From Camelus dromedarius (taxonomy: Eukaryota), in the NCBI RefSeq assembly GCF_036321535.1, contig NC_087437.1, positions 57,848,001 to 57,912,000 on the forward strand: 64,000 nucleotides of DNA, read 5' to 3'. Position 1 is the first letter of the stretch; the number at the start of each line of letters is the position of its first letter. Position numbers and translations under genes: made by a program. The notes beneath the pieces are model-generated. The model was not told where the DNA came from. It did no database searches and saw nothing but the letters and a program-made list of their open reading frames with translations. Below, piece by piece: positions 13,611 through 26,429 of the stretch.

Positions 13611-16600
13611 GCTCCACAGCTAAGTGTTAGAGTATCTACCAGAAGGAGAGGAGTATGTCCCAAATTTGATGCTTTATCCCCTGATTAAGAGCCATCAGCA
13701 AGATGCAGAGCTTGCCTTTTAGATTTCTCTAGAACCTACACTCCTATGACAGAATCTTTTCACATTTCCAGATAAACAGCTCATGCTGAGCAGGGACCAG
13801 ATCACCCAGCAAACAGCAAAGGCTGCAAACTCCTTCTGACTTTCTGGGAAGATGCTTTTACATCTAGAATCAGATAATTCCATTATTTCTTCTCTACTGT
13901 GAACCTCTAAATTGCTGATGATTGAATAATTCAGCTCTCCAGGAAAATCCAAGTCCCAATCTTAAGTTTCTAACTCTTATGCTGATTTGCTAAGCAATAC
14001 AGATGCAACATGGCTCTTCAGGTCTCTAAATTTACCAGCTCTGAAAGATTTACTGCAGAAGAAGTCCATTATGGCATGGTCAGTTCCACATATTCTAACA
14101 CTCAACCAGCTTAGTGAGGCAGGCTTAAAGAAGATACTAAAAAAGGCATTTGGCAGAGCTATCCTGGGCATCCAGCTTAGGGGAAGACTCTATAGTTAGT
14201 TTACCGTGGAAGTTCTGTGTTCCTTCTGGATAGTGCTTTTATCACTCTCTTCTGCCCGTCAGCTCCTTTTAATGATTGGGGGAGAAACAGGTCCAATAAA
14301 CTGAAATTCTGCAAATTCTCTGTACTGGTTGGTTTTTCAGGTGTGGTATGTTGATCCTGGACAGGAGTCAGCTTTAATCCAGATAACTGCTTCGAGTGCC
14401 AAATGGACAATGCTCACCCAGGCTCTGAACATACTTGATCTTACACAACAAAGGTTTTCCTAAAGCTTATCATGAATGAGGGCTGAAGCATGTGAACAAA
14501 AAAGGTTGCATTTGCAGGCCTGCTTCTTCCCAAGCTCCAGATACCCTTTGGCTTATGATTGTTGGTTCTTCGAGTGTTGGGAGGCACCTGAACAGGAGGC
14601 CCAGAGAAGGCGTCTTACTCTCTGTGACTGCTGCCTCAGTTCCCGAGATGAAGGCTGGCTGAAGACACTGCATTTCTGCTCCCACGAGGCCACCAAGCAT
14701 CCTGAGGTCAACAACATTCCTTAAAATCTTACAAGTCAGCTAGGTTTCTTCTTTCATTCCCCTACTTAGAAGCCTCAGTAAGGACACAGCTTCTAAGGTG
14801 GGGGCAAGGTATTGGGAGGCCAAGAACCTGTTAAGAATCTCTAAAATAGTTGTTTCATACGTTGTGTGATTGTCAATTTGTCCAAGTGCACGGTGAAGTC
14901 ATAGGAAACGGATTAAACTACTCAGAAAGTATAAGCCGTATCTTACACTTCTTTTATGTTCCTCGCAAAGTGTCAGACACAACTCTAGGCACAAAATTTG
15001 TGTTCACTACCCTTGCTCAGTTGAACTGGTTTAAATTGACATGGTCAAACCATGTCCACAAAGTACGGTCTGATTCGCACTCAAGCATAAGCAGAATGAA
15101 TATTCAGTCAGATGCATGTCTGCACCTGCTGTTTTCAGCAGGCATCTGTTCTGATTAGTGTCTGTGCTGGACCAGTTGTAAAATATTTTGATTATCACCC
15201 ATGATTATTAGTTTTCATTCCAACTTACCGTGACAATTTGTACCACTGTCATATGAGTTTTCAGTCCTTGCACATCTATGATGAGACTGACTCTCTCTGA
15301 GGCAGTCCTTGCATATCTAGATAATCTTCAAAGTTTCTAAGGATCACAGAATCACAGAATCTCAATATTAGAAAGGATGTTCAAACTCATCTATTCCAGC
15401 TCTCCTCTGGGTACAGAAATCCTCTCTCTAGCTTCTCTGCAAGAAAAGCATTCAAGAAATGGAAGCTGAGTACTTGTTAAAAACAAATCACATCTTTCTT
15501 CTTTCCCTCTGCATTAGCTGCCATTGTAAAAAGGGAATCGTTACAAGTTCACACAGGGCTCCAAGAAAACCTGGAGATTAGCGCTGTTACAACATAGATT
15601 TAGGGGGGGAAAATGTGGATTCTCTCCAGTCTTGTTACATTGGTCCATAGCTCAAAGGAAAGTTTCACAAAACCTGACCACTCTTTCTGTCCCATTGTTA
15701 ACACTGGTCCAAACCACCATTCTCTCACGGAGGGAGGAAGGCAGGCTGGCTCCCAGGTAATGCTGGACCCAAAAGTTTTAGGAGGATTTTGGTTTCTGCT
15801 TTGCCTGTAGAACAAATTTAAGAACCTTCAGAACTCTAAAAGATCAGACTATCCTCACAGAACATTTATGGTTACTGATTGGAATTATTTTTGTCTTTTA
15901 AAACCTACACATCCAGGAGTAAGGAGAAGAGGCACCGCTCAGGCACTGTTTCCCTCTCTCTGATTTTAGATATCACTTCAGTATTTCTTGCAGTGTTTTG
16001 CCTTAGGATTGTATTCATTCATTTAACAAAATATTTATTAAGAACCTCTTCAAGGTCCCTGAATTAGCCTTGAGGAGGATTTGATGCTATGCTAAACATA
16101 TTCCCTAAAATACACAACGCAATAGTGTTCCATCAGGTGGTGGTTGTCAACCCAGCTGGAAAAGAGACTCCTTCAGGAAACTTGAAAACAAACCCAACGC
16201 CGGGGGCCCAGTTCCAGAAAATGTGAAGAGCGCGGGGGATTTTTAAATCCTTCCTGGTGTTTCTTATGTTCATCTTGGGCTTTACCACTGCTGTAATAAA
16301 GGGGGAAAATACCGATGGCGCAGCAGATATAAATGCCAGGGAAGTACAGAAAGAGAGTAATCATTTTTAGTCAGAGAGATGCTCTTCAAACTGTGTTCCA
16401 AAGAACAATAATCATTTGTGAAAGGTTAATAGTTGGGTTTGGGGAAAATATAAACCCAAGTTTGAATAAATTTGGGGAATTATTATCTATTTCCCTTCTG
16501 GGATATTCAGGGTCCCAGGGAATCTCCCTGCGCTCAAGTGTTGATGGCAATGAGGTAAAGATTATAGGAAAAGTCTTTCTTAGACTTAGTCCCTATTAAA

Positions 16601-19376
16601 TAGCCGTGCGGTGTCTCTGGGATTATAACCATGCTTGGCCTTGATTTCACCACACAGTTCTGTATACGCCCATTCATCTCAGCCCGGGAGAGCTGCGATC
16701 AAAGCTAGTTCACTGCCATGAAAACCAACCAGCCAGACAAGCAGACTAATGGTAACATTAAAAAAAAAAAAAAAAGATGCTTCAAGTGACTGGATGAAGT
16801 ACACTCTGGTTTGCCTTCCATGAGCCCTCCCTTTGGGTACTCCTACCTGCCTCTCTTCTTTGCATGTCCCTCACATTTCTGAACCAGACTTTTACAGTTC
16901 TTGATTTACGGAGTTTGTACAAGGTTTCCTTTGCCTGCCTTTTGCATCATTTGGAAGAGAGAGAAATCAGGTCTTACTCTGTTCTGTTAAGTTAGGATCT
17001 GTTCTTAATTAAAAACAAACAAACAAGTGATTAATCAAGAAGAATGATTAAATAGGATATGATGGATCTATATGATGGTATACTTGGAAGAATTAGAAAT
17101 ACCATGGAAAAACATTCACCACATAGTAAGGTGATTTGTGTGGAAGATGCAAAGGTCTGTATAATATGATACAAAATAAGACATATAAGTTATGTCTGTG
17201 GAGCAAGATTCTGAGTGCTTTTATTTTCTTCTTTTACTTATTACATATATTTTTAAATCTTCTACTTTGGAAATAGAAAACAGTAGGACATGCTAAAGCC
17301 AATAATCTGTGATATTTTTAATGGAAACCAATAAATAGAAATTCATTTTATTACAGCCCTCCTCCAAGAAACATGTTACTTGATGTCCACATTTTACACT
17401 GAGATTGAAATTGGCATAAATATTCGGAGTTGAATGTTCTCAGATTTTTTGAAGGGAAAAAAAAAACTAATTAATGTGGATTAAATACTTTGGAACCACA
17501 TACTGTGAAACAGATAACTGACACTAGAAACACAAGATAGTGACCTTGCCCTGCTCAGTTTTCTTGCTGGTAGGATGTGTTATTCTGTTTACTGCTCTTT
17601 TGCTGAATTTTTTGTTTTGCTTCCTTCCTTTCTTTCTTTTTTTTTTTTAAGTTCCAAGCCAAAAAAAAAAAAAAAAAATTTGCTGACCCAGACAAAGCTT
17701 GTTGAAGTATATTATTACTTGAAGAATTTCTTTGCACAATTTCCCTGCTGAAAAATGTCTCAGAAGAGATTAGTGATTTTATTATGCAATTGTGTCTTAT
17801 TGATTGCCTCTAAGCTCTTTCTCATTTTGTTTATTAGCATTTTTACATTAATGGCTCTTACAGAAGAGGAAATAATGTAGACAATGTCCTCACAGGTGCA
17901 CCACAGATACCCTACCCTGTTTTATTCTTCCAGAACAGTGTGATGAGAAGGTGTTTGCTGCACAAATGTGACACTGACAACTAAGAGCTGGACAAGAGGG
18001 GACTCGCTTCATTTCCCCTGATCTGATTGAATGATCATGTTTGGGTTTCAAATACATGCAAGGGATAAAGAGTCCAATAAATGACCCTTCTGTGGAACAA
18101 ATGCTCTTTGACATGTAGATTTTCAACACAATTTTCCAGAGAGTTACAAATATTTGACAAAAGTTATGGCATGTTCAAAGAAAGCTCAGGTATGGAATCA
18201 TTTCCCCAATCATCCTTCCAACCAAGGGAAGTAGAAGATGAAGGCTCCCAAGTGCACTGGCTAAACAAACCTCAAAGACACATTCCCACCGATACTTGTA
18301 CTATTGGGAACACCCAAAATGGAATTTTGGATGAGTAAAATTCCAACAGTGTGCACAGGCTTAGAAATGCAAGCTTTTCTCAGAAATTATGCATAAGATC
18401 TCAAAACATCACTTATAAATTTACAATTGTAATAAGGCCATTAAATGAAGGAAATGTAAATTAATTTGTAAATTAATTCATTTATCAGTAGCAAGAATGA
18501 TCAACCTTGGAACGATGGATGGGTTGCTTATTGGATCAAAGTCACAGTGACATGTGGTCCCCTAGTATCCTAGCATCCACTCCTTCCCACCTTGCTCCCC
18601 ACTAAAGTCAGTATCTTTCATCTCTCCCACACAATCAGGCTTGCTCCCAGGAGTACGGGGGACGAAAAGGAGTATTCAATGTGGGTTGCTATAGATCACT
18701 TTATAAATTTCTAAATTACCATTTCTCCCATGCTATTTTTATTCCTTTAATTGCACTTTAAGAATTTTTTTCCTCGAAGGGTTAATGTTCATTGTGGTTA
18801 AAGCTAAAATTATTTCCTCTAAACTCTCCTTTTTAAAATGAATCTACTGCATAAAGCCTTTGTTCACTTGCCTTTATATTTCTAAATCTAGATTAAAATG
18901 GACATAATAGAACAGGGGTATTAGTTCTATGCTTTAATCAATGACAAAAAGAAAAAAGCCCCCAAGCATTTTTTAACCTATAAAAAACTTCAAGTGGTGG
19001 CTGGAGAAGGATTTGAGCTGTTCAGGAAAGAGAGACACTGTTTGGCTTAAGCTAAACAGTCTGTCTTATTCTGGACTATTCCTTAAAATTGCTCATTACC
19101 TCAAATACGTTGACAGAGCAAAATATGTTTTCCTCTTGTTGCTGTAGGGGTTTAGATTTTTTTAAAACTAAAGTTCATTTTTTTCTGGTACTACTAAATT
19201 AAACTTTAAAAGGAAACCCTTTAAAAAATATTTCTGAATATTCTCTATGCTGTAATAGGCCTTTGAAAAGTGAAAGAGATAAAGGTCTTCCGTGAGTTCC
19301 AGAACATTCCTGGTTTCAATCTACCCCAAACTCTCGATACAGGACCACTTTCGGACTTCAAGAGACCTCAACTTCA

Positions 19377-19780
19377 TGGGAAAAAAAGTGAATGAAGGGC
19401 TGCAAATGGCAAAATATCCTTCTTTCTAATGGGTGAGTTGTATTCCATTACATACATATGCTGCATCTTCTTCATCTATTGATGCGCACTTAGGATGCTT
19501 CCACATCTTGGCAATTATAAATAATGTTGCTGTTAATAGCGAGATGTATGTATCTTTTTGAATTAATTCTTATTTTGTGGTTGGCTTTATTCCTTTGATA
19601 ACTATGTAAGTTTAAAAAGCTAAAGTTCTAAACATTCTTAGAAACAATGAACAGTACATATACGTAAGTTTTAAAAATATGTGTAGTATATTGTGTATAT
19701 GTATTTACATGCAACAAGTTGTATACGTGTAGTCAAATTATAACAATTCTACCTAATAAAAATGAAAAATGAAAAAAAAA
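19377..19780. mobile_element. TSD-flanked retro-insertion: inverted L1 fragment plus polyadenylated tail
   Basis: TSD 19360-19376 and 19781-19797 (15/17 identical). About 19398-19575 is minus-strand L1 ORF2-end sequence. AATAAA at 19755-19760 is followed by an A-rich tail. Confidence 0.7.
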
Positions 19781-19862
19781 AAGAGCCTTCAACTTCAGAT
19801 TGATCCTTTGGATCCTTTTTTTCCCTTCTATTATATTGCTCTCTACTTAAGAAATTTTATAT

Positions 19863-20003
19863 GGGGGAGGATATACCTCAAGCAGCAGAGTGCATGCTTA
19901 GCATGCACAAGGTCTTGGGTTCAATCCCCAGTACCTCCTTTAAAAATAAACAAATAAATCTTATTACCCCTCCCCAACAAAAAATAAATAAATAAAATTT
20001 TAA
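19863..20003 (+). mobile_element. tRNA-Ala-derived SINE, camelid type
   Basis: GGGGGAGGATATACCTCAAGCAGCAGAGTGCATGCTTAGCATGCACAAGGTCTTGGGTTCAATCCCCAGTACCTCC head. Degenerate TSD AAGAAATTTTATA (19849-19861) / AAGAGTTTCTATA (20004-20016), 10/13. Confidence 0.9.
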
Positions 20004-20548
20004 AAGAGTTTCTATAAAAATAAACTTATCCTGACTATTTTTTCACTCAAATAGTCTCACAGGCAGGAGGTTCTCTATGTTGCTCAAATGTCTACTGTGT
20101 ACCTTCCATGTGCTAAGAGCCCTGCTGGAAGCTGAGGCAGAGACTCACTGAAACAGCCTCCATCTCTGCCTTCATGGAATTTAGTCTAGTTTTTCTGTGT
20201 TTTGCTCTTATGACATGAAGGAAATATTAAACCTTTTTTAAATATTTTAAAAGAGATTATTCAATCTCCAAATACTTCTAGTGTTGTGCAAAAAATAAAC
20301 CACAATTACACATTTAAATGTGTGTGAGTGAGTGCGTGTGTGCGTTTGTGTATGTCTGTGTTTTCTACTGGGAAACAAAAGTTTGGAAATTCTCCCTTTT
20401 CTATAATTACAGAATTAAGTTTTCCCATTATAAGAATCACATTTTTAGAGTGTTTCACATTAGTTAACTGAGAGGGTCTTGCATCATTTACTAACAAATG
20501 ATTTTTTTCTTTCTTTGAAAATATGTAACTCGAATTCTCTATCTCCCC

Positions 20549-20550
<2 letters not shown>

Positions 20551-20580
<30 letters not shown>
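20551..20580. repeat. (AC)15 microsatellite
   Basis: Read directly. Confidence 0.97.
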
Positions 20581-20581
<1 letters not shown>

Positions 20582-20639
20582 ATACTCTATCCAAGTGTCA
20601 TATGTTAAATGCCATTTCAATTAACTGGCAAACTAAAAA

Positions 20640-21080
20640 CCATGTATGTCTAAAAGATGTGCATATGTCCATAATTTTTAACTCATCAATCCCAATTCAC
20701 AGAATCTAGCAAAGGAAATCATCACAGAAGTGGTTGAACTTTACATATAAAGATATTCATCCCAGTGGGAAGGAAAAAAAAGTGGAAATAAACCTAAATG
20801 TCCAGCAATAAGAGAATGGTAAAATAAATTATGGTATATTCATGCACTGGAATATTATGCAATAATTAAAAACAAAGGCTGTTTAATAATATAGTAATAT
20901 ATGACAGGTGATAAAAGCAGAATAGAAAATTGTGTATTATCAATAATCTTATCAATGAATATTTCATCAGTAAATTAGAAAACTGTATGCCAAATATTAC
21001 ATGTTTAACAGCAGTAGGATTATGAATCATTTTAATTTCTTTGTGATTATAATAAACTATAATTTTAAAGTTCTATAATA
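20640..21080 (+). mobile_element. Old L1 (L1ME-like) ORF2 end and 3' UTR remnant
   Basis: AACCTAAATGTCCAGCAATAAGAGAATGG..AAATAAATTATGGTATATTCAT..TGGAATATTATGCA. Confidence 0.7.
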
Positions 21081-21106
21081 GGTAATTATTAATTTTATAT
21101 TTAGAC

Positions 21107-21213
21107 CCCTTATCTTGTAATAACATAATATAATCTGCAAAAATACTGAATCACTATGCTGTACACCTGAAACTTACACAATATTGTAAATCAACTATAC
21201 ATCAATAAAAATA
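21107..21213 (+). mobile_element. Very short L1 3' terminus with perfect 13-bp TSD
   Basis: GAATCACTATGCTGTACACCTGAAAC..TTGTAAATCAACTATACATCAATAAAA. TSD TTTATATTTAGAC at 21094-21106 and 21214-21226. Confidence 0.85.
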
Positions 21214-21299
21214 TTTATATTTAGACACAGCTTTAAAATATAACACATATAACCTTAACTGTCCTCTACTGAGAACTAGTATATCATATATAGTTGTCA

Positions 21300-22270
21300 T
21301 ATGTAACATCTTCCAATGGAGCAAACTTAACTAGAAGGATAAACTCAGGTTGTATGAGATTATCTGAATCACTGGCAAAGGAAAGAAAGTGTGCTGCATT
21401 GTCTCAGCCTCAGGGAAGTTTCAAAATCACTGATGATTTATTCTGTTTATCTTCTTGTTTGTTTTCTTTATTTCTAAAGCACTGCATCTACCAACTAAGA
21501 AGCAAAAGAATATCACAAGTGATTCTTGCCTATGATCCTAAGATGTTTAGTGTTTACTTAGACACACGTCTCATCAACTTACAAAAGCTTCAGCAATCAC
21601 AACAATTCTCATATCAGATTTATTATGATCCCTAAGTTTATTGTTTCTAATATTCAGTAACGTGAATAGCCCAGGATGCAGAGAACCTCTGAAGAATAGA
21701 CTCTCAGAATTTTATGACTGAAGAGTTCCTAGAATGAGTGCTGAGAAACTAAAATCTAGAATATAAATAAACTGGAAAAGAGGTGATATGGACACTGATA
21801 TTTTGAGAAGAGAATGTCAGTAGCTCATCTGCTTGACACATGAGAGGCAGTAAAACCACAGAATTAGTTTCCAGCTCGGTTGCTAGTAGGAGTCTTCTGC
21901 TACTTTTTACGAAATCTTAGTTATTACGAGAATGTCCTCTGTGCTAGCACTCTGCCTTCTGTGATTTCCTGCTTACGGTGATCAGTTTATCTTGTGCTCA
22001 GTCTATATCATCCATTCTTAGAGTGTTAAGCTAGTTTCAGAGTAAATAACTGAAAATCAAACATGCAGGGAAGAAAAGGTGAGAGAAAGGGGAATATTCA
22101 CAAATGAAAAGGTTTGGGGTCAGGGACATAAAAATGCTCTTCAAATACCTAAAGGACAGACACATGGAAGAGGGGTTTAAAGCATATTTTTTCATGGCTC
22201 CAGAAGGCAACAAAGAGAAAATAGAGAAGTTTCTGGATAGTAGATGTCAGTTCAGCATAAGTGACTATAG
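21300..22270 (+). mobile_element. L3/CR1 LINE ORF2 fossil
   Basis: ORF 22104-22382 contains RDIKMLFKYLKDRHMEEG..FFMAPEG, resembling the CR1 ORF2 C-terminus (GD.I.VFKYLKG...EEG..LF..APEG). Weaker RT-like similarity in ORF 21294-21635. The 5' boundary is uncertain. Confidence 0.65.
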
Positions 22271-22797
22271 GACGGTCCAGCTAAATCCGAAAGGAATTCA
22301 GACTTGTTTGTGTGTGTCTGATGTCCTGCTGGGAAACGGTGAGTCCATAAACGTCTACTGGCATGAACTAATTTCTAGGTAGGCTTTTTGATTTCAGGCA
22401 AAAGGAGCAGGAGCAAGGGCTATATTAGAAGCCTAGAGAGAGGCTGGGAAAAAAAAAATCACTGGAAAGGACACCATGGCATCTGCCCAAAAGTATAGAT
22501 TACTTTTCTGGACTGCCTCCAGAGAAGGGAACTCAAGGGAGAGGGGAGGCTGAAGGAGCAACTTCTGTGCAAAGCTCCTCTGAGGAGGAGGGACTCAGGA
22601 CATGGCTGCACAGGCCTCTGCTTGGGTGACAAAGTGAGTCACAAAACTTGAGAAGTCATCTCCCACCTGGTGTACAGAGCTCACCTCGGCTCGGTCATTC
22701 TGACGTGGGTATCAGCCAGCGGCTCCTCTTCCAGTTCTGACATTAGTGTTTTCATAATGAGCAAGGCCATACGCATCGTAAGACACTACTTAGGCAG

Positions 22798-22960
22798 AGC
22801 AATGCTTCCCCAGCTCAAATGTACATACAACTCACTTGAGGATCTTACGAAAACGCTGATCCACTTCAATGAGGCTGAGGTGGACCCAAGATTCCAAGTT
22901 TCAAAGAAGCTCACAAGTGAAGCTGATGGTGCCGCTCCAGCAGCCACTAGGCGGGACTTT
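22798..22960. mobile_element. MER5-family DNA transposon remnant
   Basis: CAATGCTTCCCAGCT..TCACTTGAGGATCTT..GACCCAAGATTC..AAGCTCACAAGTGAAGCTGATG. Confidence 0.65.
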
Positions 22961-24094
22961 GGCAGAGATTCTGTGATGAAAAGAAACTGACAAGGAGAAG
23001 GAGGAACCGGTAAATGCTAAAAACAGGATCTGAGGCCAATATGGTGGTTTATGAAGGCTCTGGAACTGCCCTCGGCACACAAGCCGGACACTCCGAGAAA
23101 CTGTGAGCACTGGAGTTGGTCTGGGCATCTTCGGAACATGCGTGTGGGAAAGGGCGATAAACCGGGTTGTTGATGTGGCTGTTGCTCCATCTGTTACACC
23201 CATGATGGCAAAGGAGCATCAACGTTGCCTAACAAAGGAATGTGCTAACGTGGAAGAGGATGAATCGCTTTCTGTGGAGGTGTCTAAATTGAACCTAAGT
23301 AAATTCTAATCTCAGGAACTGTAAGGGACTTGTTGAGATGATTGCCAAGATTCTTTCTATTTCTCTTCTTTTCCGATTCTACAATGAAATCATAAAGGCT
23401 ATAAAGAACACTTATAGTTAATATTATTGTTTTTTTTAAAGAGCTCATGTTGAAGAACTCGAAGAAAAATGCTAAAAATGAGTTGAGGTAAGCAGAGAGT
23501 GCTGCCAGTAGAATTTGATTCTGAACCCACAGACGTCTCTAAACTCATTGTGTATCCCATGATTCCATCCACTGTTGGCCGATAAATGCCTTTAGATGTA
23601 GGGGATGATATTACACAGATTTTCAAAATTAATTACCATTGCTAAGGAGGAGGGAAGGAAAGGAAAAAGGGAGGAAGGGGGGACAGAGAGAGAGAAGGGA
23701 GAGAGGAAGGAAAGAGAAAGCAAAGAAAAGAAATACAGAGTATGATATACAATAAGATGAGAAGAGTTAGGTGATGTATAAAAAGGGCAGCACATTCATG
23801 ATAAATTTGAATTTTCTCCTCCCCAGAAGTGGAGCCAAAAATATTCTCTCTAACCCTCAGGCCGAGAAATGAAAGCCTTCAAAATCTTAGTTTCCATCTC
23901 ATTCCAAGCTGTGAAGGCTCTTAGATGAGATTCACAGATGGGAAAGAGAAAAGTAATAACCCTGTTCAATTACAAATGCTGCTTCTGCCTTCATACATCA
24001 AAGCTTGACTGTCTCACACACACACCCCCACAAAGTAAGATTATCTGCTCTTTGGCTGAGGACAGTTTAAAAATTGACATCAAATTAATAAAAG

Positions 24095-24430
24095 TTACCA
24101 AGTCCCTATTAGGTGTGAAGCACTTGCTTGGGGCTGGGGATGCACAGATAAGACCTGGTTTATAGCCTGATCAAGGTCATAGACAGACACCTGATTAAAA
24201 AAATAGTATAACATGCTAACTATTGAAAATTGAGCTATAACTAGAATTTTGAGTCACTGATGAGGGAGAAATTGAACACCCCTCCTCCCCCAAGGGGTGG
24301 GGACCTGGAAGAGACTTTACAGAATAGAGGACATTTGAGCCAGGCTTCAAAAAAGGAACAGATGTTTCCAGGTAAAGGACAGAGCATGTACGAAAGCAGA
24401 GAGGAGTGAAAGTGCAGTGCAGGGATGGGG
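24095..24430 (-). mobile_element. L2 remnant
   Basis: GAAGAGACTTTACAGAATAGAGGACATTTGAGCCAGGCTT, an antisense L2-type motif. Confidence 0.55.
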
Positions 24431-26429
24431 AAAGGCAGACTCGACCAGGGTGCGCGCAGAGAGGTGCCGGCTGAGGCCTGTTTCCTCTAAGCACTTCCTG
24501 TGGACATCTTTGAGCACTCGCTGTCAAGTTCATGGCCTTCTCTATTATTTATCAGAGGTTTTATGAGCAACCCTGAGCCTGGTATAATTTGAGAACTAAC
24601 ACTTCCTCCCACCCAAGCACAATATTTTGGAATCCAAGTATTAAGCCCAATTCTGACACTTGCTTATTGTAAGTCTTAAGTTTTCTTGTTGAATTTTCCT
24701 GAAATGTAAGAAATTTGAGATAAATTGCTGTACTCCAAACTTATTTGACTGCAAGCTTACCATTTAGAAGAAGAAACTGGGAAATTCTCTTAGCTCTGTG
24801 CTTTCCTTTGTCACATCTGAAGTTAGAAAACCACCTCCAGATGGGTGATTTTTCAGCAGTTAGCAGAGGAACGGAGTTTAGCAACACAGGATAATCAGTC
24901 CCCAGTCCAGCAAAGCGAGTGCTTCTCTGTAACTTTTGGGGAAAGTAGCTGAGATGGACTGGGAGGACAAAACAATCTATTGAAAAATCTATTGATTGCT
25001 TCAAGCCTGGCTATTCTGTGTCGTTTATGGGCGACAGGTGAGCAGTCACATAAGGAGCTCTGTTAAGCTCTTCTCATATGAACTCTCTTGGTCATCTGTG
25101 CCCTGTTCCCTCTCCACTTCTGCCTATCCCATTTCCATACCCCGAGGTGAAGGAGACATGAAAATCTACGCTGGCTTTGAACTTAGAAACAAAATGCATG
25201 ATTCAGTACGAGATCAAATCAACATTCACATACATATGCACTCAAAATTGAAAAATATTTCAAGGTTTCAATAGACTGATAAAAAGCCTACATTCTTCTT
25301 CCTTATAACCGCTCCTTGTGGCAATTGGAGAGTTTGCCAAAAATGCTTCCAGGATCCATATTTCATCTCCCTCAGTGGATGTAATACCCAAGAAATAATC
25401 TGCATCCTTCCCTGCTGAGAATCATTTGCTTGGTGTGTGTTCTGCATAAAAATCTATACGGTAGAAAAAATGCCATCCTGCCTAGGCCCGCCAGCATGCT
25501 TCCCACCTGCTGCCCAAACGCCTCACCTGACAAGCTGCCCACAGGAGACAGGCCACACTGTCACTCAAAACCTAAAGGGCTGTTTCCCTTGGTGCATCAT
25601 TCACTGGGAATTTTAGTCTTTGAGCCCCCCTCCTATATTTTATTTATGAGGTTCATTCAATCCCAGCATTTTTCCCAGATTGTATTCTTAGGTTCAAAAT
25701 GTCTAAATTGCCACCTGCCCAGCTCTGAAGTCCGTATCAATGTAGTGGGCTCACCTCTGAGACAAGGCAAACAAGCTGGGATTCTGCCTCCCTACAATTT
25801 TGTGGGGGACCAAAGCATCTCATGGTAGCCCACAAAACTGAAAACTGCGCTCAAGATCGGAGGCTCAGGTTGTAGGTCTACAGGTACCAAAATGGGCTTG
25901 GAGGGCATCACCCTCTCAGGGGCCCCCTGTAAAGTCGGGGGGTGGACTCCTCGCACCATCAGACTCTCATCCATCAGGTGAACTGAGGGAATATGATTAT
26001 ACATGACTCGAGAATTTCAAACATCCCTTCTCTTAACCCCACATTCTCTTTAAGGAATTCATGGCTGACTTTAATCCAACCATTGCTTTTGTTTCCACAC
26101 ATGCCCAAAATGAAATGCGCACTTTTCCCTCACATTTTCTGAAATCTTCCCTCAAGATGATGAGAGTCTCCCCCAATGGATAGCAGGTTGAATACGACAG
26201 GCAATAAAGAAATTGCTACCTTCTTTAAAACTAAGTTTCTTTTTAGCTTACCTATGCAATATTACATACAATAAATACAGGCTTTGAAACTTGACAAGAA
26301 CAGGTTTGGAATTCAAGTTCTCCAGCTGTGGACTTAAGACAATATAGTACAGAGTCCTTCACCTTCCCCACTGGGTTTTGGGAACAATAGCCCTCCCACC
26401 GCAGGGCTATTTTTTTCCTTTTTTCCCCC

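Noticed and set aside
15278..15300. C/D-box snoRNA (ATGATGA ... CTGA)
   Set aside because: The two boxes span only ~23 nt and there is no terminal stem, which is far too short.
15262..15319. CRISPR-like repeat-spacer unit
   Set aside because: There are only two repeats, no cas genes, and the context is mammalian.
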